A DNA stretch of 64,000 nt from a virus, in the IMG/VR virus record IMGVR_UViG_3300047157_000229, positions 1 to 64,000 of that record. One strand, 5' to 3'. The position numbers and the translations under genes were made by a program. The notes under the pieces are model-generated. The model was not told where the DNA came from, did not search any database, and saw only the letters and a list, made by a program, of their open reading frames with translations. Below, in pieces: positions 9,809-19,012 of this stretch; within the stretch, counting starts at the first letter, position 1; each line of letters begins with the position of its first letter.

Positions 9809-9991
9809 ATGGACGTAATTATTCAACTGGTTCAAGATAATCCTTGGTTTGGCGTAGTGACTGCTGGAATTGCTTTTGCATCTGCAATCGCTGCTGCAAC
9901 CCCAACCCCAAAAGAGGGAACGCTCTGGGCAAAAATCTATTCTGTAATTGACTGGGCGGCGCTAAATGTTGGTAAAGCCAAAAATAAATAA
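9809..9991 (+). CDS. Small membrane protein (holin-like)
   Basis: Hydrophobic helix, ATPTP motif; GTGTAA 8 nt upstream. Confidence 0.65.
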   Translation: MDVIIQLVQDNPWFGVVTAGIAFASAIAAATPTPKEGTLWAKIYSVIDWAALNVGKAKNK

Positions 9992-10009
9992 TCTAGGTTA
10001 CCCTAGATC

Positions 10010-10050
10010 AACCTCCTATCTGTAAAGGATAGGGGGTTTTTTATTTTTTT
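10010..10050 (+). terminator. Intrinsic terminator
   Basis: AACCTCCTATC...GATAGGGGGTT hairpin followed by T run. Confidence 0.75.
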
Positions 10051-10086
10051 TCTTGCAATTTTTAATTACATATATATGATATTTAT

Positions 10087-10626
10087 ATGATCTCTAATAA
10101 AGCTAAAGGTTTGTCAGGTTCTAATCATGTTGCTCATACAAAGAAGCTTATGGATGAGTCTACAAAACGTTACCATCACTCATGCTTGTCAGCTGGGTTA
10201 GTGATAAAAAAGACTGGTAAAATGCAAGATATAGGCCATGTCGATTTTATTGTCGGCGGCGAGACTGTGGACTTAAAAGGTATTAAGAACTCCACGCGAG
10301 AAGGGAGAATACTCTTAGAGTTCACTAATGTCAACGGTAAGACTGGCTGGTGTAATGAAAAAGGTACTCCTGTTTGGATAGCTTTTGATGTCGGAGCTTT
10401 TTTTCTCCATGTTAAAAACATTGATCTTTACAATCTGGCTAAAGACAAATGTGATATGCACGATAGAGCTACTAAAGTCAGTGATTGTTTGTATAAAGGA
10501 TACCAGCGTAACGGTAGAAAAGACTGGATGTCTATGGTGACTTTAGGAGATGTCTTATCTAACTGCGAACATTGGTTTTTACCTTACCAAGAATATGAGT
10601 TACCTATCGAACAGGTTCAAGGGTAA
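10087..10626 (+). CDS. PD-(D/E)XK nuclease-like protein
   Basis: HVDF...VDLKG...LLEF motif; TTGCAA-16-TATGAT promoter 6 nt before ATG. Confidence 0.6.
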   Translation: MISNKAKGLSGSNHVAHTKKLMDESTKRYHHSCLSAGLVIKKTGKMQDIGHVDFIVGGETVDLKGIKNSTREGRILLEFTNVNGKTGWCNEKGTPVWIAFDVGAFFLHVKNIDLYNLAKDKCDMHDRATKVSDCLYKGYQRNGRKDWMSMVTLGDVLSNCEHWFLPYQEYELPIEQVQG

Positions 10627-10895
10627 TTGCGGAAATTGCCTTCACCTATATAGCTTAGACCATCATTATAGGGTTCAATAAATAGTCCAGTGGTGACAGG
10701 GGAAGTGCCAGTCCAGCTTTCATACCTATCATTTATATTCTTGTTGTATTCTCTTATTAAGTGTTGAGAATCCCATTCTTTGTTAGCTTGGCCACTTAAG
10801 AGATACATGCCTGTTACTTCAGCCCTAAAGTTCGCCCAGTCTCCTGATGATACTGATGTGCTTGAGTGTATTTCGCTTAATAATTGTTGAGGCAT
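10617..10895 (-). CDS. Hypothetical late protein
   Basis: GTGTAA 8 nt upstream of ATG. Confidence 0.6.
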   Translation of the reverse strand: MPQQLLSEIHSSTSVSSGDWANFRAEVTGMYLLSGQANKEWDSQHLIREYNKNINDRYESWTGTSPVTTGLFIEPYNDGLSYIGEGNFRNYP

Positions 10896-11043
10896 ACTTA
10901 AATTTACACTTTTTTTATTAATCTTGAAAAAATTCTCTTGACCCTAGCTAAGTATTGTTTAGGATTATCCCCAAGCTCTTATAGATATTTATTGCTACCG
11001 CCTGGGTAACCTCCTAAAATATCTTTAGCGTTTATAATTTCTT

Positions 11044-11304
11044 ATGAATATGAATTATTTAAAAGTAGAATGCTTGTTCTTTACGATTTTTGTTGGCTTG
11101 ACGTTTGGTGTGATGCTAGCCGTGGTCAGCTGTATAAGTGTTTTTATAAAAACCCTTATAACTTTTCCGATTGAGTTCTATAATATAAGGATGAGATCGC
11201 ATTTGCAGAGACGTATAGAAGCGTTGGAGGAAATCCCAGAAGATATCTGGGATAGACATATACAGAGAATGGAACAAAATAAAAAGAAACAAAACAATGA
11301 ATAA
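11044..11304 (+). CDS. Hypothetical membrane protein
   Basis: N-terminal hydrophobic segment. Confidence 0.55.
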   Translation: MNMNYLKVECLFFTIFVGLTFGVMLAVVSCISVFIKTLITFPIEFYNIRMRSHLQRRIEALEEIPEDIWDRHIQRMEQNKKKQNNE

Positions 11305-11608
11305 CTTTGAAACATTAGTAGCTAAGGTTGTAATTTGGGCCGATGAGCGTGGCATCTTCGATGCTGCTGATCCTTTGGCCCAGTTAGATAAGACTCAAGA
11401 AGAGTTAAATGAAACAATAGATGCCGTTACTGAATCGGCATTTGATAATCCAGAGGTGGCAGATGGCATAGGTGATATGTTGGTGACGATCATTATTGCA
11501 TCCAAGATGCTTAAACTAGATCCTACTTATTGTTTGAGTCTAGCCTATGACGAGATCAAAGATCGGAAGGGTAAAATGGTTGATGGTAAGTTTGTAAAAG
11601 AGAAATAA
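11297..11608 (+). CDS. MazG-like nucleotide pyrophosphohydrolase
   Basis: KTQEELNE...DGIGDMLV...AYDEIKDRKG. Confidence 0.85.
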   Translation: MNNFETLVAKVVIWADERGIFDAADPLAQLDKTQEELNETIDAVTESAFDNPEVADGIGDMLVTIIIASKMLKLDPTYCLSLAYDEIKDRKGKMVDGKFVKEK

Positions 11609-11609
11609 A

Positions 11610-11951
11610 ATGAATACAAAAGAGTTACTAAAGCTGCATGACGAGACATGTAAATCTTGTCGTGGGATAATGGAACAAAAAAATAGTGATTATACTGGCG
11701 GCAAATCATCTACAGATCCTTTCGCCAATTTCAATGCGTCATCTATCCTTGACATCCACCCAGTTCAAGGGCTGTTGTTGCGTGTGATCGATAAGATTCA
11801 GAGAATCCGCTCATTCACTAATGATAAAGAACTAAAAGTTACTAATGAATCAGTAGAAGATGCGTGTGATGACATTGTTAATTACGCTATCTTAGCTAAG
11901 GCTATGCTAATGGAAGAAAGATCCCAGATCGAACAGAATAAAACCAAATAA
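11610..11951 (+). CDS. Nucleotide-modification-associated domain protein (DUF1599-like)
   Basis: KNSDY...DPFANF...DKIQRI...ESVEDACDDIVNY. Confidence 0.7.
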   Translation: MNTKELLKLHDETCKSCRGIMEQKNSDYTGGKSSTDPFANFNASSILDIHPVQGLLLRVIDKIQRIRSFTNDKELKVTNESVEDACDDIVNYAILAKAMLMEERSQIEQNKTK

Positions 11952-12106
11952 GCTATGAAACCAAAACCCAAATTTGATTTTGATGTCAACCCAGAACAAA
12001 GAGAAAGATTAAAAAAGCTTTTTGGCTGGTCTAAAGATATGAAATTCGCTGATTTTAAAGTTCGTCCAGAAGAAGAGGAGGCTCATTCTAAAAAAAGAAA
12101 AAGAAA

Positions 12107-12337
12107 ATGAGCGTTGAAGAGAAACTAAATTTAATTAAGAAGGCCGCTGAAAGAATTCGTCAGATCGATATAGACTCTAATAATCAAAAAAAAAGAATTT
12201 ATAAGAGTTTAAAAGAAGAGCTGAACGCTTCTGCGACTATAGAGCCTTATCTATGGGATTGTGTCGTTTTGGGTTTAAGGTTTTGCGAATACGATATCGA
12301 AAAAATATTGAAAGAAGATGTTGACAAACAGAACTAG
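12107..12337 (+). CDS. Hypothetical protein
   Basis: ORF track. Confidence 0.55.
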   Translation: MSVEEKLNLIKKAAERIRQIDIDSNNQKKRIYKSLKEELNASATIEPYLWDCVVLGLRFCEYDIEKILKEDVDKQN

Positions 12338-12358
12338 TTTCTTCAGGGTCTCCTTGAG

Positions 12359-12886
12359 ATGAACATATTCGTTACAGATAAAGATCCATATAAGGCGGCG
12401 CAAAACCTCTGCGACAAACATGTATCTAAGATGGTTGTTGAGACTGCTCAGATGTTAGCTAACTGCTTTACTCTTGAGACCTTGGCTGAGCCTGATTGCC
12501 CAAGAAGCCAAAAAGGTAATCCCCGCAAACATTCATACGCCAAGCACCCATGTAGTATCTGGGCTGTAAAAACCAAAGAGAATATGAGATGGTTAATTCG
12601 TCATGGTATGGCTATGGCTAGAGAGAAAAAGTTTAGAACAGAGAAAGAACACTTCTCTGCCCAATTCATCCAGTGGTGTATGCTTAATATGCATAGGTCA
12701 ACTGTCCCATATGGACCTCTTACAGAATTTGCTGTAGCGATTAGTCAAGATCAGAGATGTCGCACTCACCCTCAGTTTGAGAACCTCTCTATTGTTGAGA
12801 AATATAGAGAGTATTACAACTATGACAAGTCTCGCTTCGCCAAATGGACTAAGAGGGATGCTCCAAATTGGTATTCACCAGTATAA
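12359..12886 (+). CDS. Pyrimidine-dimer DNA glycosylase (DenV/endonuclease V)-like protein
   Basis: MNIF...DKHVSKMVVETAQML...HPCSIW...YREYY...KWTKR. Confidence 0.75.
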   Translation: MNIFVTDKDPYKAAQNLCDKHVSKMVVETAQMLANCFTLETLAEPDCPRSQKGNPRKHSYAKHPCSIWAVKTKENMRWLIRHGMAMAREKKFRTEKEHFSAQFIQWCMLNMHRSTVPYGPLTEFAVAISQDQRCRTHPQFENLSIVEKYREYYNYDKSRFAKWTKRDAPNWYSPV

Positions 12887-12890
12887 AAAC

Positions 12891-13184
12891 ATGATTAAAA
12901 AGATTGTATACAACCCAGAGAAGCGTAGAGAGCGTTACCTCAAGAATAAAGAGAAGGCTCAAGAGTATTACCAGAAGAACAAGGAGCAGAAAAAAGAATA
13001 TCAAAACAAATATTACGAAGAAACCAAATATAGTTACTTACGTAAGATGGAACTAAACAAACATGAAGCGCCAGATGAATATTGGGCGTTTAAAAACAGA
13101 GTTAGCGACTACAATAAAAAATACTATCAAGACAACAGAGAAGAGATCCTAGCGAAGAGAGCAGAAAGCCGCAAAAAATCATGA
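12891..13184 (+). CDS. Basic Tyr/Lys-rich helical protein
   Basis: Repeated YYQ.NK motifs; likely start ATG 12891. Confidence 0.6.
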   Translation: MIKKIVYNPEKRRERYLKNKEKAQEYYQKNKEQKKEYQNKYYEETKYSYLRKMELNKHEAPDEYWAFKNRVSDYNKKYYQDNREEILAKRAESRKKS

Positions 13185-13630
13185 ATCAATTAATAAAAAT
13201 ATCAATATCCCTTTTCGTAGTAAGTCTTCTCCTAAAATTTGGAGTAGAGACGTATCTAAATAGAGGGGCAGATTATCCAGATGGTCCGAGAGTGAATGGA
13301 GAAGAATTATTTGTTGACACTTACGCTACAAATACATTTTATACGTCATCGAAGACATGGGCGCAGATAAATTATTTACTGGAACTTCTGTCAGCTATGG
13401 CATGGCAATGGTAATATGCTTGCTAAAGCTGGCATCCTTGAACGGTAAACTTCACGGTCCTTTTGATTCTTGGTATGATAATGGTCAGAAGCAGATGTCT
13501 CTTATTTGGAGTAATGGAGAAAAAGTATCGGAAGTTTAGTGCTTACTACTCAAATGGGGAAAAGATCGAAGGGGGATGGTAATGAGATAGTCGTAAGAAG
13601 GTATTCTCTGGTGAAATGATACTAGAATGA
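13181..13630 (+). CDS. MORN-variant (YwqK-like) repeat membrane protein, frameshifted
   Basis: LFTG..VSY, NGKLHGPFDSWYDNGQKQ split across frames. Confidence 0.55.
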
Positions 13631-13849
13631 TAGAAGAATCAGAAATGCTGGTTATGGATCGGCTACGACGATTGTATCGTTGGGACGGTCGAGAGGTTTG
13701 GCCAGCCCACTATTTATTGCTATGACAAACAAAAAGTAATTAATCGCTTACAGTCTGATGGCATGACCGAAGATGAAGCTTTTGAATTCTTTTACTTTAA
13801 TCAAATTGGAGCATGGATGGGTGATACAACCCCATGCTTTCCTCTCTAA
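13627..13849 (+). CDS. Hypothetical phage protein, frameshifted
   Basis: GYDDCIVG...YDKQKVI...GMTEDEAFEFFYFNQIGAWMGDTTP. Confidence 0.55.
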
Positions 13850-13881
13850 AACCAAATAAAACAAAAAACCTAATTAATAAA

Positions 13882-14088
13882 ATGAGATTGACATACGAAC
13901 CAACGACAGATAACTGGTCTTCTAAGAGAGATCCTAAGTTCATGCAAAGCACTTTAAGTCTTGAGCATCCAATGGATGACATGACCCTTCCAGACTTCAT
14001 GGACACTATGGTTGTCCCTATGTTAAAGTCTATGGGTTACTCTCAAGTAAGCATTAACGCAGTCATTGATACAGATGAAGATACTTAA
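13882..14088 (+). CDS. Hypothetical protein
   Basis: ORF track, start reassigned. Confidence 0.55.
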   Translation: MRLTYEPTTDNWSSKRDPKFMQSTLSLEHPMDDMTLPDFMDTMVVPMLKSMGYSQVSINAVIDTDEDT

Positions 14089-14287
14089 AAGTATACTTAA
14101 TTTTAGGATGTTCCATCCTGCTCAATGGTTTGTTGAGCGGGATAGTAAGATCGACCCCAAAGTCCTTGATCCTCCATCTTGGAGAGAGAGGCAAGTCCAG
14201 AACCAAATGATAGACAAGCAATACGAAGAGTCTATTAGGGCTGAAGCAGACAACGAAGAGCCTCCTTGGACTGAGAAATATAAATGA
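14075..14287 (+). CDS. Hypothetical protein
   Basis: ORF track, start reassigned. Confidence 0.55.
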   Translation: MKILKSILNFRMFHPAQWFVERDSKIDPKVLDPPSWRERQVQNQMIDKQYEESIRAEADNEEPPWTEKYK

Positions 14288-14298
14288 TGATTTTAAAT

Positions 14299-14371
14299 GC
14301 GCTTGTAGCTCAGCGGTTAGAGCAGGGGTCTCATAAACCCTTGGTCACTGGTTCGATTCCAGTCAGGCGCA
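14299..14371 (+). tRNA. tRNA with CAT anticodon, most likely tRNA-Ile2 (lysidine type); CCA not encoded
   Basis: Acceptor GCGCTTG/CAGGCGC, D arm GCTC...GAGC, anticodon arm GGGGT-CTCATAA-ACCCT, T arm ACTGG-TTCGATT-CCAGT. Confidence 0.9.
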
Positions 14372-14387
14372 CTAATTAAAAAATATT

Positions 14388-14804
14388 ATGGAAGAAGACT
14401 GGGAAAATCTATGCCAATCGGAATTATTTGTTGATTTTAATTCTGTTAAGCAGGAAAAAACACATAAAACATGTGTTTATTGTGGAATTTCAAAAGGTCT
14501 CTCTTGTTTCAATAAACATATTGGACACAAAGACAACTTAGATACTAGGTGTAGAGATTGTATGAAGAAACAATCGAAGATAAGGAGAGATCTTTACAAA
14601 ACCGCACCTCAAAAACCAGAATTCTGTGAGTGTTGCGGCGAAAAACCTAAGAAGTGGACGTTGGATCACGATCATAATGATAATTCTTTCAGAGGTTGGG
14701 TGTGTGACCATTGTAATTTAGCTATAGGGCTACTTGGTGATGATATAGCTGGAGTAGAGAAGGCTTTGAAATACCTAAAAACCCCCAGATCGAGTGATAT
14801 TTAG
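14388..14804 (+). CDS. Endonuclease VII-family protein
   Basis: CECC...LDHDH...FRGWVCDHCNLAIG. Confidence 0.85.
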   Translation: MEEDWENLCQSELFVDFNSVKQEKTHKTCVYCGISKGLSCFNKHIGHKDNLDTRCRDCMKKQSKIRRDLYKTAPQKPEFCECCGEKPKKWTLDHDHNDNSFRGWVCDHCNLAIGLLGDDIAGVEKALKYLKTPRSSDI

Positions 14805-14913
14805 CCAAATAAGGCATCTGCAATATTTTAAATTAAAAAAAAATAATAAAAAAGTTTTAAAAAGATTTTTAATTTAATAAAAAGTTTATTTTTTCTTTAT
14901 AATTAGTAAAAAC

Positions 14914-15072
14914 ATGAAAAGAATTTGGAGATTGTGGTGCAAAACGATGGGCGAAAAGATATCTACAGAAAAACATGAATCAGATTTTGCGGCTATCATC
15001 AGAACATTCTGGTGGCTGCTGCATATTACAACCTGCGGTTTTATAATCGCGAATACCATCAGACATTGGTAA
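14914..15072 (+). CDS. Small membrane protein (52 aa)
   Basis: MKRIWRLWCKTMGEK...IIRTFWW...IIANTIRHW, read from sequence. Confidence 0.65.
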   Translation: MKRIWRLWCKTMGEKISTEKHESDFAAIIRTFWWLLHITTCGFIIANTIRHW

Positions 15073-15087
15073 AAAACTAAAGTAAAA

Positions 15088-15576
15088 ATGCATTATACTA
15101 AATTACCCCCATTAGAAGAATTAAAAAAAGCCCTTTTTTATAATCCAGATACTGGTTTATTCATTAGGAAACACAAAGTAGGGACTAAAAAATTCCTTAA
15201 AGCTAAAAATCATAGAGGTTACGTATGTGTTGGGTTTAAAAACAAAACTTATTATGGCCATAGATTAGCTTATTATATGCACTACGGTGTTGATCCTATG
15301 GAAAAAGTCATTGATCACATAAACCATGATATTTCTGATAATAGAATTAAAAATCTTAGATTAGTGACCCAGAAGAGGAATTCTCTCAATCGAGATGCCT
15401 CTAAAACACAAAGTGGTATAGTAGGAGTTACATGGGATGCTAAAATGCAGAAATGGTTAGCGCGGCTCACGATTGGTTTAGGCTCTTTTGAAGACGTTGA
15501 AGAAGCTAAAGCGGCTCGCGTTGCAGCAGAGAAAAGATACTATGGATGCCTTATAGAAGATTTAGAGGATATATAA
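15088..15576 (+). CDS. HNH-AP2 homing endonuclease
   Basis: YGHRLAY...IDHINHDISDNRIKNLR...SGIVGVTW...LGSF. Confidence 0.9.
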   Translation: MHYTKLPPLEELKKALFYNPDTGLFIRKHKVGTKKFLKAKNHRGYVCVGFKNKTYYGHRLAYYMHYGVDPMEKVIDHINHDISDNRIKNLRLVTQKRNSLNRDASKTQSGIVGVTWDAKMQKWLARLTIGLGSFEDVEEAKAARVAAEKRYYGCLIEDLEDI

Positions 15577-15656
15577 TGACCATATTATAAATTTAAATTC
15601 AAAAAAAACATAAAAAAGGCTTGCATGGGGTTCGATATCCTATAGAATGCTTGCGT

Positions 15657-15893
15657 ATGAACGAAACACCCAAGAGAAGAGGACGGCCCAAAGGCTCATC
15701 ATCATTTGTAAAGATGAATCTAAAGCATTTGGTTAGTCAGTTAGGTAAAAATGCCAATATCATGGTATCTAAGAAGCACCTCGACCAATTAGAGGAGCTT
15801 GATATGTTTGAATACCCCATCGATGAGGCAGCTAAGCCCCCCAAGGAGCCTGAAGAGAAGATTCAGTTCTCTATTAACACCTTCAACGACTGA
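15657..15893 (+). CDS. Small AT-hook-containing protein
   Basis: KRRGRPKGS; TTGCAT-16-TAGAAT promoter 8 nt before ATG 15657. Confidence 0.7.
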   Translation: MNETPKRRGRPKGSSSFVKMNLKHLVSQLGKNANIMVSKKHLDQLEELDMFEYPIDEAAKPPKEPEEKIQFSINTFND

Positions 15894-15897
15894 TCTT

Positions 15898-16815
15898 ATG
15901 ACTAAAAGTGAAATGTTCGAAGGTTTAATCGGTCAGGAGACAATCAAAACTCGTTTAGAGTTTTATACTCAGGCCCAGAAAGCTACAGGAACTCTCCCTT
16001 TTCTTTTGTTCAATGGTGCGAAGGGGCTTGGTAAGACAGAATTTGCAAAATCATTTGCGAAGTCTCTGGGTAAGCCATGTATAGAGATTAATTGTTCCAC
16101 GATCAGGAATGCTGAGCAGTTCTTCGATCAGGTTTTTATCCCTGCTATCCTAGACAGAGAGATAACAGTTCTTTTGGATGAGGCCCATGCCCTACCTAAA
16201 GATTTAGAAAATGCTTTTCTTACTATCTTCAATGTCGAGGATGCTAAGACTAAGAGGTTTGAATTTGGGGAATCTAGCTTTTTGTTTGATTTCTCTAAGC
16301 AGACATTCTTATTTGCCACTACTGAACTGGATAAATTGTTTCCTCCTTTTAAGGATCGTCTCACCCAGCTAGACTTCGAACCGTATGATGGTGTCGAGCT
16401 TGGTGCTATCATCCAAAAGAAACTTGATTGGTTATCATTCGAAAAAGGTTTAATCAATAAGGTTTCTCAGACTGTGAGGGGCAATGCTAGATCTGCAGTT
16501 AAAAGAGCTTTGGAGATCAAGGCATATGCAGAAGTCCACAACAAAGCCTCATTCAATAAAAAGGATTGGAGTAAGTTGTGTGGTCTACTGGGTATCATGC
16601 CATTTGGTATCAATGCTACCGAACTCCAGGTTATGAGAATCCTCAAGGATCGAGGAGCTTGCACCTTACAAATGCTCTGCGCTGTAACTGGGATGTCAAG
16701 GACTGCTTTACAGAAAGAGGCAGAGATCCACCTACTCAAGAATGGGTTCATGAAGATCGATGGTAAAAGAGAGATCACTGGTAAAGGTGTAAAAGCATTA
16801 GAAAGAATAGGTTAA
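15898..16815 (+). CDS. ruvB: RuvB-like AAA+ Holliday junction helicase
   Basis: LIGQE, GAKGLGKT, LLDEAH, FATT, DRL, RGNAR, C-terminal winged-helix-like region (REITGKG). Confidence 0.8.
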   Translation: MTKSEMFEGLIGQETIKTRLEFYTQAQKATGTLPFLLFNGAKGLGKTEFAKSFAKSLGKPCIEINCSTIRNAEQFFDQVFIPAILDREITVLLDEAHALPKDLENAFLTIFNVEDAKTKRFEFGESSFLFDFSKQTFLFATTELDKLFPPFKDRLTQLDFEPYDGVELGAIIQKKLDWLSFEKGLINKVSQTVRGNARSAVKRALEIKAYAEVHNKASFNKKDWSKLCGLLGIMPFGINATELQVMRILKDRGACTLQMLCAVTGMSRTALQKEAEIHLLKNGFMKIDGKREITGKGVKALERIG

Positions 16816-17135
16816 TGGCAAAGAGGAAAAGAATATATAAGCTCCCTCCCAAGATCTTGGTTGGGGGCATGGAGTTTAAGATTGTTTTTAAAGACACTGA
16901 AGACTATGGTGCGATGCACTTCGATGAGAAGATTATTTACATCAGGAAGGGGTTGACAGAGGAGGAGCAGTTGGATACTTTGATTCATGAAGTTCACCAC
17001 GCAGCCCTTAGCATCAGCGGAGTATCCCACATCCTTGATGATGACAATACAGAGGAGGCACTGGTTAGACTTGTCGAGCATATGGTTATGCCTATAGTAA
17101 AGAAAGAATATAAAAAGTTTATTCAAACACAATGA
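16815..17135 (+). CDS. HEXXH metallopeptidase-like protein (IrrE/DUF955-like)
   Basis: TLIHEVHHA...EE. Confidence 0.7.
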   Translation: MAKRKRIYKLPPKILVGGMEFKIVFKDTEDYGAMHFDEKIIYIRKGLTEEEQLDTLIHEVHHAALSISGVSHILDDDNTEEALVRLVEHMVMPIVKKEYKKFIQTQ

Positions 17136-17389
17136 AGAGTAAGATATTTATAGTAAGAGATGAAGTTGAGCAGCAGAAAACTGTCTGCTGGCTTGGGGAT
17201 GATAAGTTCTCAGAGGATATTAAGCACTTCGACCCAGAAGATCCTAATGACTTCGATCTAGCTACATTAGACTCTACCGTAGCTAGATACTTTGAGATGG
17301 GAGAGTTAACAGAAGATAAAGATTTGATTGGCCAAGAGTTAGATGGCTTAGAGATTAAAGCAATCACATACCAACACGAAATTAATTAG
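17132..17389 (+). CDS. Hypothetical acidic protein
   Basis: ORF track. Confidence 0.6.
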   Translation: MKSKIFIVRDEVEQQKTVCWLGDDKFSEDIKHFDPEDPNDFDLATLDSTVARYFEMGELTEDKDLIGQELDGLEIKAITYQHEIN

Positions 17390-17395
17390 TATATT

Positions 17396-17701
17396 ATGAA
17401 AGCACAGATAAACATAACAGAAACAATGCTCAATAAGAGTATTATCGACGCAAACAAATCAGTTTGTGAGTTAGCCAAGAAGTTCTCTTTTGATTATTCA
17501 GAGGCAGAATGTGGGCAAAAGCATTTGGTTTCGGGCAAGTATCCTGATGGAACCGAAGCAAAAGTTACATTTTATAAGGCTAAGACTAGGGGAGATAAAA
17601 GAATATCTATTACCAAGTTAAAGCATCACACCCAAGCAGGAGATGTTGTTACTCTCAAGGGATTTCGGGGAGCCATTAAGATTCTAATCAATGAAGATTA
17701 A
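17396..17701 (+). CDS. Possible stand-alone B3/EcoRII-N-like DNA-binding domain
   Basis: ITETMLNKSIIDA...FYKAKTRGDKRI...GDVV. Confidence 0.45.
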   Translation: MKAQINITETMLNKSIIDANKSVCELAKKFSFDYSEAECGQKHLVSGKYPDGTEAKVTFYKAKTRGDKRISITKLKHHTQAGDVVTLKGFRGAIKILINED

Positions 17702-17933
17702 ATTTTCTTTTAACAAGATAGTGGACGCTGACTCTATAGAAGAAGCTTACAATAAGATTATTGGAGAGTTGAAGCAGGGAACTCAAGAACTCATTACCCA
17801 TGAACGTACATATCACAGTCACTTGTCTGATGCCTCAATCTCAATGCGTACTCATGGCGTTAACTATTTTACCTTTGAGAGATTAAAGACCCACACTGGC
17901 TATGGAGAAGGATCAGTAGATTACGATTACTAA
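17691..17933 (+). CDS. Hypothetical protein
   Basis: ORF track. Confidence 0.6.
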   Translation: MKIKFSFNKIVDADSIEEAYNKIIGELKQGTQELITHERTYHSHLSDASISMRTHGVNYFTFERLKTHTGYGEGSVDYDY

Positions 17934-17937
17934 ACCT

Positions 17938-18120
17938 ATGAACTCAGATAGCCAAAACTTATTGTTTGATATATTAGACCTCGTCTCCGAGATCGAAACC
18001 CTCTTGCAAGACAGAGAGCCACGAGCTAGGGAACTACTACGACAGATAAATCAACGTATAGTTCACAACAAACCTACCGATCAGAACGATACACCCTCCC
18101 ATTACGATTTATTTAACTAA
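17938..18120 (+). CDS. Hypothetical protein
   Basis: ORF track. Confidence 0.55.
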   Translation: MNSDSQNLLFDILDLVSEIETLLQDREPRARELLRQINQRIVHNKPTDQNDTPSHYDLFN

Positions 18121-18466
18121 TCATTTGTAATTACCAAACACTCTCCATCGCCATACGTTTGTATACATACTATATATAGATTACCATAGGGGAGAATATA
18201 AAAGAAATCATTGTAGGTATCAGGAAAACTTAGATTTGAGAAAATTACCAGCTCCTACGCCTTTTTAATTATTTAAATACATTTTTTAATCATTTAAAAT
18301 ACTTATGAACGGATTTGACATCTTTATGACAATCGTATTATTCTTTTTGTTGCTTTATAGTGCGCTTAAGAACGGTGGTAGGACCAGTCATCGTGATGAG
18401 GAGATCGACGATTATTGGTCTGACGGTTAGCCCCGCCAATAAAAACAAATAAATAAAAGAAAAGCT

Positions 18467-18696
18467 AGGTCGTGATATAAGCCGCAAATAAACAAATAGG
18501 CGATTAGCCGCAGGTCAAGAGAAAAGCCCCAAATAAACACAGGTCAACCGAAACATTCTAAATAAGCGATTAGCCGCGATTTTTTCCTTGACTCCCACCG
18601 AAGGTGGGAGTAGAACTATAGCGTAAGATACAAATAAGGCAGGTCGTGATATAGACCCCAAATAACCCAGATCTAAATAAACCCCAATAAATAACC
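18467..18696 (+). repeat. Cluster of AG(G/A)(T/A)C-N13/14-(C/T)AAATA direct repeats
   Basis: Starts at 18467, 18512, 18541, 18612, 18641, plus a degenerate copy at 18669. Confidence 0.7.
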
Positions 18697-18699
18697 CTC

Positions 18700-18722
18700 C
18701 TGCACAATCGCAGGTTTTTTTT
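18700..18722 (+). terminator. Intrinsic terminator closing the rightward block
   Basis: CCTGC-ACAATC-GCAGG + T7. Confidence 0.6.
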
Positions 18723-18751
18723 GTGTCAGATACTCGCAGATAAAAAACGCT

Positions 18752-18828
18752 GTAAGTCACTGATTAGTAAGGAGTTACAGGCCAGCTGCGGCCCGTGGGC
18801 CGTAACTCGCTGATAGTCAACGAGTTAC
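18752..18828. repeat. 77-bp double-palindrome element R1
   Basis: GTAAGTCACTGATTAGTAAGGAGTTAC-23bp-GTAACTCGCTGATAGTCAACGAGTTAC. Confidence 0.95.
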
Positions 18829-18835
18829 GAGGTTT

Positions 18836-19012
18836 TTATTTAATGTATTCTTTTACAGAGAGACAGTTAAACTCCATTGCCCTTTGATCGGTAGGATCTC
18901 CAGCCTCTCCAACCTCAACCAAGTCGATAGCCTCAGCCTCCGAAGAGGCTTCAACTTCAAACTGCAAGCGGTTCACTTCCTCCATTATAACCAAGTAGTT
19001 TTTAATCTTCAT
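18836..19012 (-). CDS. Hypothetical early protein
   Basis: FEVEASSEAEA motif; start reassigned. Confidence 0.6.
   Translation of the reverse strand: MKIKNYLVIMEEVNRLQFEVEASSEAEAIDLVEVGEAGDPTDQRAMEFNCLSVKEYIK

Noticed and set aside
13181-13849. True pseudogenes (also 1590-2200, ~19700, 24325, ~26600, 42860-43040)
   Set aside because: Indels cluster in patches and hit probably essential tail genes, consistent with low-coverage assembly errors; reads are needed to confirm
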